A stretch of DNA of 62,751 bases, the filler included, from Choristocarpus tenellus KU-1152 (Eukaryota > Protista > Phaeophyceae), in NCBI GenBank assembly GCA_964200185.2. It is 13 parts of 13 records of this genome, joined end to end, with 100 filler letters (N's around TTAATTAATTAA, not from the genome) between each part and the next. Parts side by side here need not be neighbours in the genome. Positions count along the whole stretch, not along the records: positions 38,472 to 42,101 come from CAXNAD020018853.1; positions 42,202 to 44,774 come from CAXNAD020026658.1; positions 44,875 to 48,029 come from CAXNAD020021911.1; positions 48,130 to 52,004 come from CAXNAD020017444.1; positions 52,105 to 55,264 come from CAXNAD020021869.1; 8 more parts are not named here. One strand, written 5' to 3'. Made by a program: the position numbers and the translations under genes. Each line of letters opens with the position of its first letter. Within the stretch, counting starts at the first letter, position 1. The notes under the pieces are model-generated. The model ran no database searches. It saw only the letters and a list, made by a program, of their open reading frames with translations, and was not told where the DNA came from. Positions 40,581 through 52,939 of the stretch are shown piece by piece.

Positions 40581-42758
40581 GTGAGCCCCTCCCCCTCCCC
40601 AGAACCTTTTTTTGCCTCTGCCTGTTGGGTAGAGGAAAGCTTACCATTTTCTGTGCCAGTGAGTCTTTCGTGATTCCCATCATAATTTGATGTTGCAATG
40701 ATGCTGTGGTCAAACTTTAAAAGAACATTTTTAGAAGGCGAATCGTGCTGATATGTGAAGATTAATTACCTCACCAAATCAAATTTTGAATCTTGAGCCA
40801 TGATACAGACAATACGGGATTTTCCTATGAAGCTCTGCTCCAAGCTAGTTGTTTCAACACATGCTACCTCCCCCCCCCCCTGTGGATGGTCATTTTTGAA
40901 CTGTTGTGTTTTCCACTNNNNNNNNNNCCATAATAAAAACAATACGGGTTTTTCTTATGAGGCTCTCCCCCAACCTGTTTTTTTCAACACATGCCCCCCC
41001 CCCCCCCCCCCCCTGTGGATGGTCATTTTTGAACTGTTGTGTTGTCCACTTTACAATTATGAAAGGCAGGCATACAGGCTCCACTAAAATAAGCAAGTCA
41101 AGATGGCCCAGTGCATTCAGTGTTCAGAAATCTGTTGAGAAGTTTTCCTCAATCTTTTTTGCATAAAGATTTATGTGTGGTAAGTAAGCATGAAGAACAA
41201 ACAACGAAACAAAGGTAGTGTTTATTGTACAAGACGTTATTATATTGCTCCTTGGTACCTACATTTGCAAATTCCCGACGCATCTGCTGTATGCCCTGTA
41301 AATCGGGCTTTATTATAACTTTGCAGAGCGGGTCTGACCAAAGTGTCTTCCAAGGACTACTTGATAGGATGCCTTGGAATTATCCCAGGGGTGATTGCTT
41401 TTGTTTTCATTGGAGCTAGCACCTCGGGAGCTGTGGCGGACATGGTGAGGACGGTGGAAAGTTGATAGAAAGACAGGCACTGAAATGCTCCTTGCGTGAG
41501 TCAAATGCATTCATTTTCTTCCTAGTCTTGACACAAACTTTCCTCCCTGAAGCAAGAATTAAGTGACTTGCTTTGGTACAACAATAATCGTTATTATTGA
41601 TAAATGTGTGGACTGTTGAGAATGGAGTGGGGTATACTCCATACCTAGGTCTGTTTCTCCTCTTCTTAAAAGTGCTTTTTGGGGAGTGTTTCAATGGGGT
41701 TTGCTGGCTGTGACATGTACTGCAATGTGCCTGATTTGTTTTGCATTGACTGTATTACGACAATTTGACTTTTCTCTTTGAAAGTGTTTATGTGTATTAA
41801 ATTGTCTTGATTACTGTTACGTAATATTCCCCCAAGATGTGATTAGTGCACTAGGACAGGAACCTACTGGCCCTCACCTTTTTTGTCTCAAGTCTGTTGT
41901 CCAAGTTACACATGCAATTGAAAATATTTGCTAGGATTTGTAAACCCAGCCCTAAATACTCTCAGACTTTTTGTTGACGGCTGAGGTGGATGGAAGAAGT
42001 CAGCCAGGGGAGGTGTATGGGGGATGAGTTGTGAGGGAAGGGGGGGCTCAACTTAATATTACTAGAGTGGATAGAAGAGGAACGCTTTCATGTGAAGGGG
42101 ANNNNNNNNNNNNNNNNNNNNNNNNNNNNNNNNNNNNNNNNNNNNTTAATTAATTAANNNNNNNNNNNNNNNNNNNNNNNNNNNNNNNNNNNNNNNNNNN
42201 NCCGGTGATTCTCTTCGCCACCCTTGCCTGAGTGAACCATGCCGCCACAGAATCACACGATTCACAACTTGCATGATAAATACGCTGCCCGAAAAAAAAA
42301 ATATATACCCTTGTTGAAATATTGAAGTATGTTCTTGGAGACATTTGTAGTATGGTGATGGGTGGTACAACAATCACTTTACTTGAAGTTTTGTGTTGAT
42401 CACAATATATATTTTATTAGTATTATGCCCTCTGACATTTTGTAAGTATCACATTTTATTATTATGCGTTTGACATTTTTTTTTCATGTGTAATTGGACA
42501 AAACCAAGGAAAAACTATTACATGTCAGAAAAAAAACAAAGTTGGTGTCAATAAGCACTACCATACCAATTTCTGTCCGTCTACAATTTTCGTCAACTAC
42601 CATGACGGGAGAGGGGGACAGACATGTCCAACAGGGGCTACTCTTCAAGAGGGAACCTCATGGTGACCATCCCCCACTCTAATTCATACCGCAAAATATA
42701 ATTTTCCATAATTGTTTACAAACGTTCTTACCTCTCGCACTTCCTTAGACTAACAGTA

Positions 42759-42990
42759 TTTCCAGTCACCACCAACCAGTACGGCCAATCTTCGCAACTG
42801 ATTTCCAGTCATCAACCATATCCGATGGCCAACCAGTACGACCAACTTTCGCAACTGATTTCCAGTCATCAACCATATCCGATGGCCAACCAGTACGACC
42901 AATTTTCGTCACCAGTTTCCAGTCATCAACCATATCCGATGGCCAACCAGTACGACCAATTTTCGTCACCAGTTTCCAGTCACCAACCAA
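42759..42990. repeat. 57-bp tandem repeat, ~3.7 copies
   Basis: Unit TTTCCAGTCATCAACCATATCCGATGGCCAACCAGTACGACCAA(C/T)TTTCG(CAACTGA/TCACCAG). Confidence 0.92.
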
Positions 42991-43639
42991 TGCGGGCAAT
43001 TTCTGCAAATCGATCCACCTTCCTCCACAACACTCTCCACCACTTTCCACTCCACCACACAATTCAACACCACTTCACATTCATCCAAGAACACCCCTTC
43101 ATCACCCACTTCAATATAGTCCCTTTGAACTAGAAGACATCTACCCCGCCTGAACTTGACCTCCCCCCCCTTCCCCATCATCCCAATCGATTGTGAGCAA
43201 TAGAAAGGGTGGGAGGGTGGGAAAGATTGCTCGGAAGTGGCGTTGATCTTGCCCTGCTTGTTCTGCATCACCAACCTCCAGTTTCCATTTAATTCTGCCC
43301 TATTCGTTCCTACCTCGTACCTCCGATATCACCCATTTCTTCAACTTCTCTCCTGTCTCTCCTGCCTCCTACCCACACCCAGTGCTTAACTCTTCGTCCA
43401 CCTTCTAATTATTTATTTTATCCCTTATCACCACTCCACTCACCATATGTCATCCCTCCAGGAATTCTCCCACCTGCAAGACTCAGATTACTTCATTAAC
43501 TTCCCTTTTTGGAGAAATATATCTTTTTATATTTACGACAACTACTACTTTTTAGGGTCCCTGTAATATTGGTTTGACTCTTTCTCTGTCACATCTGCCA
43601 AATGTCAGAGGGCATAATAATATATATTTTGGGATGGGC

Positions 43640-44226
43640 ATCCCCTGCACTATGAAGGACGGTAACCCATTCACTGTGGACTGAAATTTCCGCATGGATC
43701 TAGTCTTCCATGCTGGGGCCCTTGTGGATGCCGGATCAGCCTCCTACCGGGACAAAGGCCTCCTCCGGGGTGTCACATTTCCAGAAGTGCAAGCAGCCTC
43801 CCATCTGCCCCACTCATTCACCAGCAATGACGTAGCTGCTGCTGCAGCTGAGCCGCGAAAACGCACCCACTACGAGGGTTCTTTTGACCCTAACCTCAAC
43901 AACTTTGCAGTGGAACGTTTTCGGCGCCTCAATAAGCAAGCAGAAGTGTTCTCGAATGAGTTGGCGATACATGCGGCAGGGGGGAGAGGGGCAGGACGCT
44001 GCAGGAGGAAAGGAGCTGTCAAACCCCATCTACAAGAGATAGCGTCCATCACAACTCAAGTAACTCTATCAAGACGTGTCATGCGTTTTGAGATGGAGAC
44101 ACCAGGGAGATAGGCAAGGAGGGTCCTGTCAGATGTTTGTGATGCTTCCCTACCTCCTCGCCCTGAGATGCAGGGCTAAACTATGTTGGAGGCATAGGAG
44201 GGTAGTGGTGTAGAATAGCTAGTAGT
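43640..44226 (+). mobile_element. 3' fragment of a non-LTR retrotransposon with a restriction-like endonuclease domain (CRE/NeSL-like), decayed
   Basis: ORF 43694-44113 reads RMDLVF...LLRGVT...AAAAAEPRKRTHY...FAVERFRRL..AEVF..ELA. This resembles the RLE pattern R-x-D...D-V-T...AE-x-K-xx-Y...F-x-AVE-x-G. A short UTR ending in TAG repeats follows. Recognised from memory. Confidence 0.55.
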
Positions 44227-44753
44227 CAAATAGCAGACAGATTATAGAAAAACATCTTTCACATTTACTTTTTCGGGGGTTGTTCTGATACTGAATTGTT
44301 TTTTTATCGATTTGTTCCCTCACACATCTGAATAATGTCAGAGGGCATGATAATATAATAATATAGCCGTATTTATTACACTTGTACGTTAATATGCTAT
44401 GCTGTTGTCTATATCTACAACGGTATAAAAGGAACCGAGTAATAGGTGTAGGTAATCCACCAAAACCCACAAAATTGACTCAGATCATCGCTCATTCATC
44501 ACAAGTCACAAAGTGGAAAAAAAAGGAAAGGGGAAAAATGAGTCATACAAAAAATCAACCCATATGCAACGACAAAGCTCATTCATCAGATGACAATGGT
44601 GGTGGTGATGGTGCCTGCTTGGGCCGCTGTAGGTGCTGCTTTAGCATGATGTACATATCAGTCGTATCTCTTCCCTAGAATGCCGCTTCTGCCATGAAGC
44701 TCGTTGTGTCACCAATCACACACTCATACCACCTCTGTTGGTTGGTTACCCAA

Positions 44754-44774
44754 GGGTCAAAGTATCTGGGGGGG
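44754..44774. mobile_element. MITE family B, copy 6 (TIR only, at contig end)
   Basis: GGGTCAAAGTATCTGGGGGGG immediately before the linker. Confidence 0.7.
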
Positions 44775-45017
44775 NNNNNNNNNNNNNNNNNNNNNNNNNN
44801 NNNNNNNNNNNNNNNNNNTTAATTAATTAANNNNNNNNNNNNNNNNNNNNNNNNNNNNNNNNNNNNNNNNNNNNGCCATCGCCACAACTTGTCGATTGTA
44901 AACCCCCCGCTTCCCCCCCCCCTTTAGCCCCGGGCTCAACTCTGGCCCTGACCTACCGGCTCTATTCCTCGTGTGATTTTATTGGACGCTGCTCGCTTGC
45001 TCTCGTTGTGTGCTAAG

Positions 45018-47048
45018 GTCCCTGTGGGTGTACCCGGCAGGATGTTTATCGGGGGGCCCACTCTGGCACTGGGGTACCTCAACATGCCCGACAAGACGGC
45101 ACAGCGGTTCATCCCCGACCCCTTTAGTGAGGAGGTAGGGGCGTACATGTATGACACGGGAGATAGGTGCCGTTACCTGCCTAGCGGCAGCATCGAGGTC
45201 ATTGGTAGGTGTGATTTCATGGTGAAGGTGAGGTTTTTGCTTTGCTTTGCTTTGCTTTGGATTTTTGCACTATTGGACCTTCCTCTCGGAGGCGTGCTTG
45301 AACATTCTCGTTGAAAGCAACAACTCTGTACTGTGCTGTGGGGTACATGGCAGGCGTGTGGTTGAAGTCTAAATTTGGCTCTTGAGTGTACTGGTATGTG
45401 CTCCGCTACCTCGCGAAACACGGTTCTGTGTGGGTGCTTTAGTGGGGCTTTTTTTCGTTCTTTTTCTTACACTAACCCTAACCCCCCCCCATTTTAAAAA
45501 TATATATATAATTACGTACTCCTTTTTTTGTGATGAAAATATATATATATATATATACGGTCGAAAAGGGTTGTTTTCTTGTAAGAGCTTTTTTTTTTAC
45601 TTTTTGACATTTTACTGCATTTTTCTGTTTCCCCTACACTTTTTTTTTACTTTTTTTGCATTATACGTGCGTTATTTTTGTGCGTATTTGCTCGCAGGTA
45701 CGTGGATACTCGGTTGTGGTGGGTGCTGTAGAGGCTGCCATATTGGAGCACCCCCTCGTGTCTACCTCCTGTGTGCTCACAGAGGGAGACGAGGGCAGCG
45801 TGGACAAGAAGCTGGTTGCTTATGTCGTGCCTGAACAGTGGGATAAGGTGTGTGATGGTGTGTGTAAAGTGCACATTTTATGGTGTGGTGTAGGGTTGGT
45901 TACGGGTTAATAGAGACGGTTTTGACTCGTGAATTTGCGTATTGATTTTTTTTATCTTGTTTTTGAAAAAATGAAATTGGAATGTTGTGTTCCGTACTCT
46001 TACGTTTTTTTATATTGGAAATGGTTCCTATCGGCTTCCCAAAAAAATAAGAATAAATAGTAATGAAACTGTAGTCCTGTTCTTGATGAACCCATCTGTC
46101 GCATTTCGACATCCTAGGTAAATAAAAACAACTGACAACATATCATATATATATATTTTTTTTTAACAAGTAAAAATAAGAGCATCTTCGCACCATGTAC
46201 CTTTTTTTCTTTTTTTCTAATTTCCTCTCCTCCATCCCGCACTGTTGAGATGAATTAGCTTCCTACAGTGAAGTCGTTGCAGGCATTCCTGAAGTCGAGA
46301 CTACCGCCCTACGCAGTCCCACATGTGTTCCTGTTGCTCGAGTCGGTTCCCATCAACCTTGCCAGCGGAAAGACAGACAGGAAAAGCCTTCCCAAGACTT
46401 GGGACAAGGTGAGTGATTTCCTTTTTGGGAGAGAGAGAGAGAGAGAGGGAGAGGGAGTAAACGTGGCAGGCCTAGAAGTACCGGCTCTTTTTCTTTTTTT
46501 TTGATGATCTGATTCACATGTATACGGTGAGTGCTCTTTAGACGTACATAATATGTACGGAAAATATATGTATGAGACCTGCCTGCGTGCAGTGAAACCA
46601 CAAGCGTACCTTGACACGCAGGTGTGTACGCACGTGCTCATGCTACATGCAGACAATGCACAACACACCATATCACACATGAAGGCAAGGCCTTACTTCC
46701 TCCTTGACTCTGCCGATAATTGTCTTTTTTTTTATTCTTGTGTGAAAATAATGATTAAAAAAAAGGTAATGTTCGTTCCGAACTCAGACGAAACAAGCGA
46801 CCCCTGGGAAGGCAACGCCGCTCTCGGGAGTGGCTCTGGAGCCAGTGTAGAGCACTCTGCGACGAAAGGCCATTGCTCGGACAATGCTGGCATGGAGCCA
46901 TCAGATAGCACGGGGGAGAATGAGATGGAAGTCACAGAGCTGGCCACTGCCACAGAGCGGTATGTATTAGGATGCTCTTGGAATGCTGACCTTTTTTTTT
47001 GAGGGGGTTGATTTGGGGGGGGGGGGGGGGGGGGGGGGGGCGGCAGGG

Positions 47049-47098
<50 letters not shown>

Positions 47099-47697
47099 AC
47101 AGGGCAAGAGGCGAGAGGTGTTGAGGGATAGAAGTGAACCCACTTGTTTTTTGTTACCATTAGAGGAGAAAGAACAAAAGTTGAGTGTGTCAGATTTTTT
47201 TTGTCCTGCCCTGTCCGGCATTTTTTTTTCTCTTTTTTCTCTTTTTGAAGAAAGTTTTTTGTTTTTAATTTTTTTTAACCCACTTGCTTGTGTTTTTTGT
47301 TTTCTATTGATGATGAGGTATGGTATGCGGTTCTTGATTACAGTAGTGTTATCCCTCCCTCATTTCCACTTCCGCCCCCCCCCCCCCCACGGCTTGAACT
47401 CCCTATTGCACCAACATGTGGAAATTGTGAAAATAGTACCGTGGCACGTTTGTGGGGAAAGCTTCTGAAGGTGGAGGAAACCTCTATCTTACCCACCTCT
47501 GACTTCTTTGACCTCGGGGGTCACTCACTGCTGCTGGCTAAGTTGTCTACGGAGATTTTGAACAACACAGGGGCAAGGGTGTCCATCACGGATATATTGG
47601 AGAGGTCTTCGCTGCGGAATCTGTCCAAGCTGTTGGAGGAGAGGATGATGGAGGAGAGGGAGGGGACTGAGGCTAGCATTGGCTCGGTAGCGGAGAG
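45018..47697 (+). CDS. NRPS-like enzyme: C-terminal part of an adenylation domain plus a phosphopantetheine carrier (T) domain (partial, spliced)
   Basis: Exons 45018-45227, 45698-45847, 46259-46408, ~46766-46959 and 47437-47697 join in phase. Motifs: A6 GRMFIGGPTLALGYLN, A7 YDTGD, A8 GRCDFMVKVRGYSV, A9 LPPYAVP, A10 SGKTDR, and carrier motif DFFDLGGHSL. Confidence 0.93.
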
Positions 47698-48200
47698 GTC
47701 AGTTTGTTGTGTGTGTGTGTTTTGTTTTTGTTTTTTTTAAAGATATTATTATTATTATTGTGTACTATGTGGTGTGTGCATTCGTTTATTTTTGTTTTTG
47801 TATGTGTGTGTGTATACTGCTAAGTATAATAATAAGAAAAAAAATTTGAGGGGAGAGAGGGAGTGGTAAGTGGTGAGTGAAGGAGGTTGGTTGAGTTCTT
47901 CTCTAGGCCAGCACCAGCACATTATATTATATTATATATTATAATATATTTTATTATGCTATAAACAATTTTTGGTCCCTCCACCTCCCCCTCATGCCTC
48001 TCAAGAGTGCTGGCAAAGGTATGGGCACANNNNNNNNNNNNNNNNNNNNNNNNNNNNNNNNNNNNNNNNNNNNTTAATTAATTAANNNNNNNNNNNNNNN
48101 NNNNNNNNNNNNNNNNNNNNNNNNNNNNNACAGTATGGTTGGTTTAATTCAGTCATCAGCCCTCCCTCCCTGTGTCCCCACCCCCCTCCCTTTCACATAC

Positions 48201-49330
48201 CTCGGGACAAATGGACCTGGTCCCATCAGACAGCTACCTGCAAAGGTGCCCAGAGCAAGCAAGGCTGCAGAGCGACCACCACTGCTATCCCTTCCAATGT
48301 CGCCAACCCCTCTCCCACTCACATTCCCCCCACCAGTCCCCCTTGTCCGAGATGTAGCCGCTCTTTCAAGGCTGGCAAAAGCGTGACTTGCGAACCCAGG
48401 GGGCAAGGCAACTCCACCCCGATCACACACAGCAATTAGTCCTGCCACACCAAGGCAAGTGTCTTGTGCTACTGGCACTAACACTTGCTCTGAAGCGTTG
48501 AGAGTCCCCTTGGTCTTGGAATTGACTCTTGAGCTGCCAGTTTTAGGGCCATTGCCATCACGTCCTCCCTCCTCAAAGGTAATGTTGTCGAGATCCAGAC
48601 TAAGGGAGCGGAGGCAATCTAAAATGTCGGGGGAGCTGACAAGGCCGCAGGAGAGGCACTCGGCCACAGCAGTGGGTAGGGCAAGGGCTGCCCCACAAAC
48701 TCTGGCTGCCTGGAGTGCTCTGACCAGGTGGAATGCCTTTATTTGGATATAGGCAAGGAGGCAAATATTGCGAGCAGACATGAGAGTGTGAGCGTAAGGC
48801 ACAGCAGGAACCCCCCCCCCCGGTGAGTATGTGGGGAACAAGGGTGGAGGGGAAGAGGGTAAAACTGTGTAAAGGTCATGAAACCTGTGGGTGTATACAT
48901 ACATTCACTGTGTATGGTGTGGGGTGTCGATTCAACTCTTATTTGCTTTCATTGACTGGCATACACAATGCACATAAGCTGCTGTGCAAAATGTGACATC
49001 TCATAGAGGGCTGGTGCTGCTTCGGCTGCCGTGTAGCTTGCCTTCTCCACCTCTTTCGCTCAAAAAGGGTTGCCTGGGGGTTAGTATAGTGACATCTTGG
49101 TGGCCTCTATTGAAAATGGAACAGTGTGACTTCCCCTTTCGAGCAACTTCATCATTTTGGGGCCACCTGACCTGATCACCTTTTATATTGGACATGAAAA
49201 ATCTGTGTGTTTCACTGCGCAACCTCCAAACAAGGACTGACTTTACCTCAACCGAAATCTATAGCATGTATCGCTACTATGATGCTTCCCTACCCTACCC
49301 CCGTCAGTTAAAAAAAAAGTCAGGTATCCA

Positions 49331-49364
<34 letters not shown>

Positions 49365-51440
49365 GAAGAAGCTCACTGTGCATCCCTGATGCTTGCATCC
49401 CTGACATCACGGATTTAAGACCAAAGTGTAGCCCGAGGCAGCGCAATCCCTCTGATGTTGAAGGAGAGTCAAGCACGCCTTTTTTATTGGCATGATCCTC
49501 TTCTCCCCCAACCCTGCCCCTTACTTCAACATCAATATCTCCCCATGGCACAACAAGCCCCTCACCACTGCATTTGCCATCCATCAAGTTCGTAGCAATG
49601 TCTACTACATGTTCCGAGCCCACTTCCTCTCCAAGCCCAGTGAAAAGGTGCATGGCAGCACTTGACAACAGTAACTTTGCCTCCCTTGCATCTGGGTTAC
49701 GCAGCGCCCACTCTGAGACTATGCCTACAGAAGCAGTCGACCAAAACACAGATGACTCATTTATTAATCCAACGCCTTCCCGTCCCTCTGCTGCCATGGC
49801 ACAACTTGTGGCCTCAAGTAGGCTAAACGCCTCAAAGGCCAATGCTGCAGCTGACTTCGGTAGGGCCCGAGCCACAACAGCCACTCTCAGCAGAGCCAAT
49901 CCGTCTGCCTGTGTTGCCAGCAGTGTGCCCTCCAACCCTTCAGGCCTTGTTGGAGATATACATGCCATGGAGCGCACCTGTGCCATGGCATGCCTAACCT
50001 CGTCCACTGCCAAATGGGAAAAGGAGGCAGACACGCAGCTCACCAGGGAGGCTGATGCAATGGCCACAAGGGTGGGGGATACACCCCTGAGGTTTGCTAT
50101 TGCATGTTGGCAGGTGGCAATGGCAGCTGCACCAGCCTCAGGGCCGGCACTGTTGTCAGATTCTGTACTGCCGCCACCCAGAGCTGCTGCACCTCCTTCC
50201 ATCTTTGCACTTTTTTCAATCTCTGCTGCCACAGAAACTTCCACAAGTCCTGTCAAGTAGCTCTGCAGCCCTAGCGGCATTAGGGACCGTTGCCATGCAC
50301 ACGCGCCGAGTCCATCCCCCGAATCCTCTCCTGCCAGTAGTTCTTTGAGTTCGTGGAACATCTCATCCCTGACACTTGTGGCAATGCCTCCTATCCCAGT
50401 CTTTGCAGACCCTCTGGTCGCTCCCGTCACTGCCCTCGATCTAGCTCTGCTAACAGCCGATGTATGATCATGACTCCACAACACTGCTCCTGCCAAGCCA
50501 GGACACAGTGCCTCATCCTCCCGGAAGGCCTGCAACACTCTGGATGGTGTTGGTAGCACTGCCAGGAGACGTCTTGATGGCGTAGCACCTGTTCCCGTAC
50601 CCCCACCTCCATCCCTATTGCTACCATGGGTTGCCCCCCGCCCCTTTCGCTTACTGGGTGTCAACCAGGTAGATAGCTCTTCACACTCTACTGCCAGCAC
50701 AGCTCCCACTACTTGCTGGAGCTCTGGGCGCACCTCTGAGTCCAGCTCCATAGTGAGTGCATCAACAAGCAACGAGCGCACGCGCATAGCCATAGAGCCT
50801 GCAACAGCAAGAGTGTCATTTTCACCATCTCCACTTGCTGCTTCTGCAACCTCAGCTTGGAGCAGGGCTGGAATATGAGCCAGAAGCGCTCGAAAGACTG
50901 CCGCACGGACACCTGCCTTGGGGTGGGAAAGTAGACCAGGTCCCAGCAACACCTCTAACGCTGTTTGCATTCCCCAACTGCTCGGTCCATGATCCTCACT
51001 CCCATCTTCCTCATTGTCCGTCTCGTCTCCCTCATCCCCTCCTGCTTCATCGATCGAAAAAATCTCTGCCTCTGCCCCTGACCCACAGAGTTCTGCCAGC
51101 GACGCCATCACCAGTGGATCTCCCCAGTCCCTCTCTTGCTCATTCCCCTTTTCCTTGTCCCTGTCCCTGTCCATGTCACCACAAACGGCAACAGGTGAGG
51201 AGGATGCACCAGTGTGGGCTACTTTGCCTTTCTTGTTCACAATGCGTAAGGCCACATCAAAGTCCAGACAGTCACCTCGACAGAGGGCTGCAATGGCACG
51301 CAATGCAAGAGCAACCACAGCAGGCAACTCATCCAAAAGGAACGCCTGGAGCAGCTTCACAAACTCCAGGCCCTGCTCGGGATCAGATGAGCACACATCG
51401 AGCATACCTGCCACCCGAGCCAAGCGCACCTCATCCGTGT
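48201..51440 (-). CDS. Focadhesin/RST1-like ARM-repeat protein (partial, spliced)
   Basis: Exons 49363-51440 and 48201-48736. The segment LARVAGMLDVCSSDPEQGLEFV...VALALRAIAALCRGDCLDFDVALRIV resembles the focadhesin/RST1 DUF3730 pattern (SIRDVC..P..G...L..L..LC..D..DF..AW). Recognised from memory. Confidence 0.65.
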
Positions 51441-52144
51441 CTGGGGATGGGGAGGAAGTAGGCAGCAGTAGTCCAGGTGTTTGGTTTTCCATCAGGAGAT
51501 TGCAGAACTGGTTAAATGTTCTGTGCCCGGAAGTTTTTTTTGTAGAAACAGAAACACAGGGCCGAGACAAAGAGGTTAGGGATACATTAAAAAAACAACA
51601 GCATAAACCTCAGTAGAACAATGCGTGCTCAAAGTTTGTCCAACAGAGCTGATTGGATTGGATGCATTCACCCTTCATCCCTGCCTATGCCCATATCTGT
51701 TGGACTGTTGGCACCTCTTTAGAGTTTAGATGTTAGGTATTAAAGCAACCACATCTGCCAACCAGAGATTCAATATGTTTGTGTTTGTAACTACTGTATA
51801 CAAAGCGATGTGTCAGATAGGTTTAGAAGAGCCACTAACAGTAAAAGAGATGTACCATATATTATTGTCAGTGGTACTCAGTGTGTACTTATTCTATTTT
51901 GCCAACCACCAACAATCTTACTAGAGGTTACTAGGAGTTGTCTCTGTTTCAGATTCTGATGGCTGAAACAACACCCCCCCCCCCCCCCCCCCCCCCCTCC
52001 CCCCNNNNNNNNNNNNNNNNNNNNNNNNNNNNNNNNNNNNNNNNNNNNTTAATTAATTAANNNNNNNNNNNNNNNNNNNNNNNNNNNNNNNNNNNNNNNN
52101 NNNNGTAACACTTTCCAAAAGGCTCAACGGTGTTTTCACCAGGA

Positions 52145-52406
52145 GAGTGGAAGTATCTTAGATGGCACGAGATTTTTCCCTGTTTGTCTGTTTGGGGCCT
52201 GGCTTCCAACGCTCTTTTTTAATGACATTTTTCTACTCCAAATAAAGGTTTCGGAGTAGGTAAAATGTGTACGTTATGAAAAGGTATGTCCGAAAAAAGG
52301 GTATTGAGACTCCAACAAGCACGATAGCCAAAATTACGTCAAAATGACAACATTTGATTCTGGCTCCAAAGTGGACGCGGCTCTACGCTCTAAGTTGCTT
52401 TCATTC
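52145..52406 (-). mobile_element. MITE family A, copy 8 (diverged)
   Basis: GAGTGGAAGTATCTTAGATGG...CTCTAAGTTGCTTTCATTC, with a family A interior. Confidence 0.87.
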
Positions 52407-52939
52407 TGGGGTCAGGGATCAATCACCCCCGTAATGCGCACCATACTCTTACTCCGACTGGTGTCTTTGTTACTATGCGTAACCTTAGCTGGCCGTCCGC
52501 TGTAGACCCCAGTCTTGCCCCAGTAGGGGAGGTTGCCCCTGCTTTGCAAAAGGGGGGGGTGGGGGCTTGACTCAGACCCTCCTTCTGAGGACAAGTTTTC
52601 CAATCCCGAAGCAGGTGACCCATCATGAGATGTACAATTCATTTGTTCATCTCACTCCTCCACTTCATCCCTATCTGATTGCTCTTCCTATGGCGACGGA
52701 AGTGAGAACAGGTTTGTACTAAGTGAGAGACCATCCGTTGGCAACAAAGGAGACGGTTTGACTAATGATCCTCCCTTGGGTGAAGGAAGGGTAGGTCAGA
52801 TTGTCAAGGATCTGATTGTCAAGGATCTGATTGTTAACCCTTCCCCCCTAGTGATGGGGAGGGAGGTCAGGTTGAAATGAGTGTGTCCAGAGGCACTACC
52901 CGAGATGGTGAAGTGAGTGTAGGATATGTCTTATCCTTG

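Noticed and set aside
40853-41050. Direct duplication of ~65 bp across a 10-N gap
   Set aside because: Near-identical copies on both sides of a scaffolding gap around a poly-C run; most likely an assembly overlap artefact, though a real repeat is not excluded.
31672-47697. Apparent biosynthetic cluster (MFS transporter + DedA protein + NRPS-like gene)
   Set aside because: The genes lie on different contigs separated by artificial linkers, so there is no evidence of linkage.
49574-51616. Long plus-strand ORFs (228, 208 and 200 aa)
   Set aside because: Antisense shadows of the GC-rich focadhesin-like exon.
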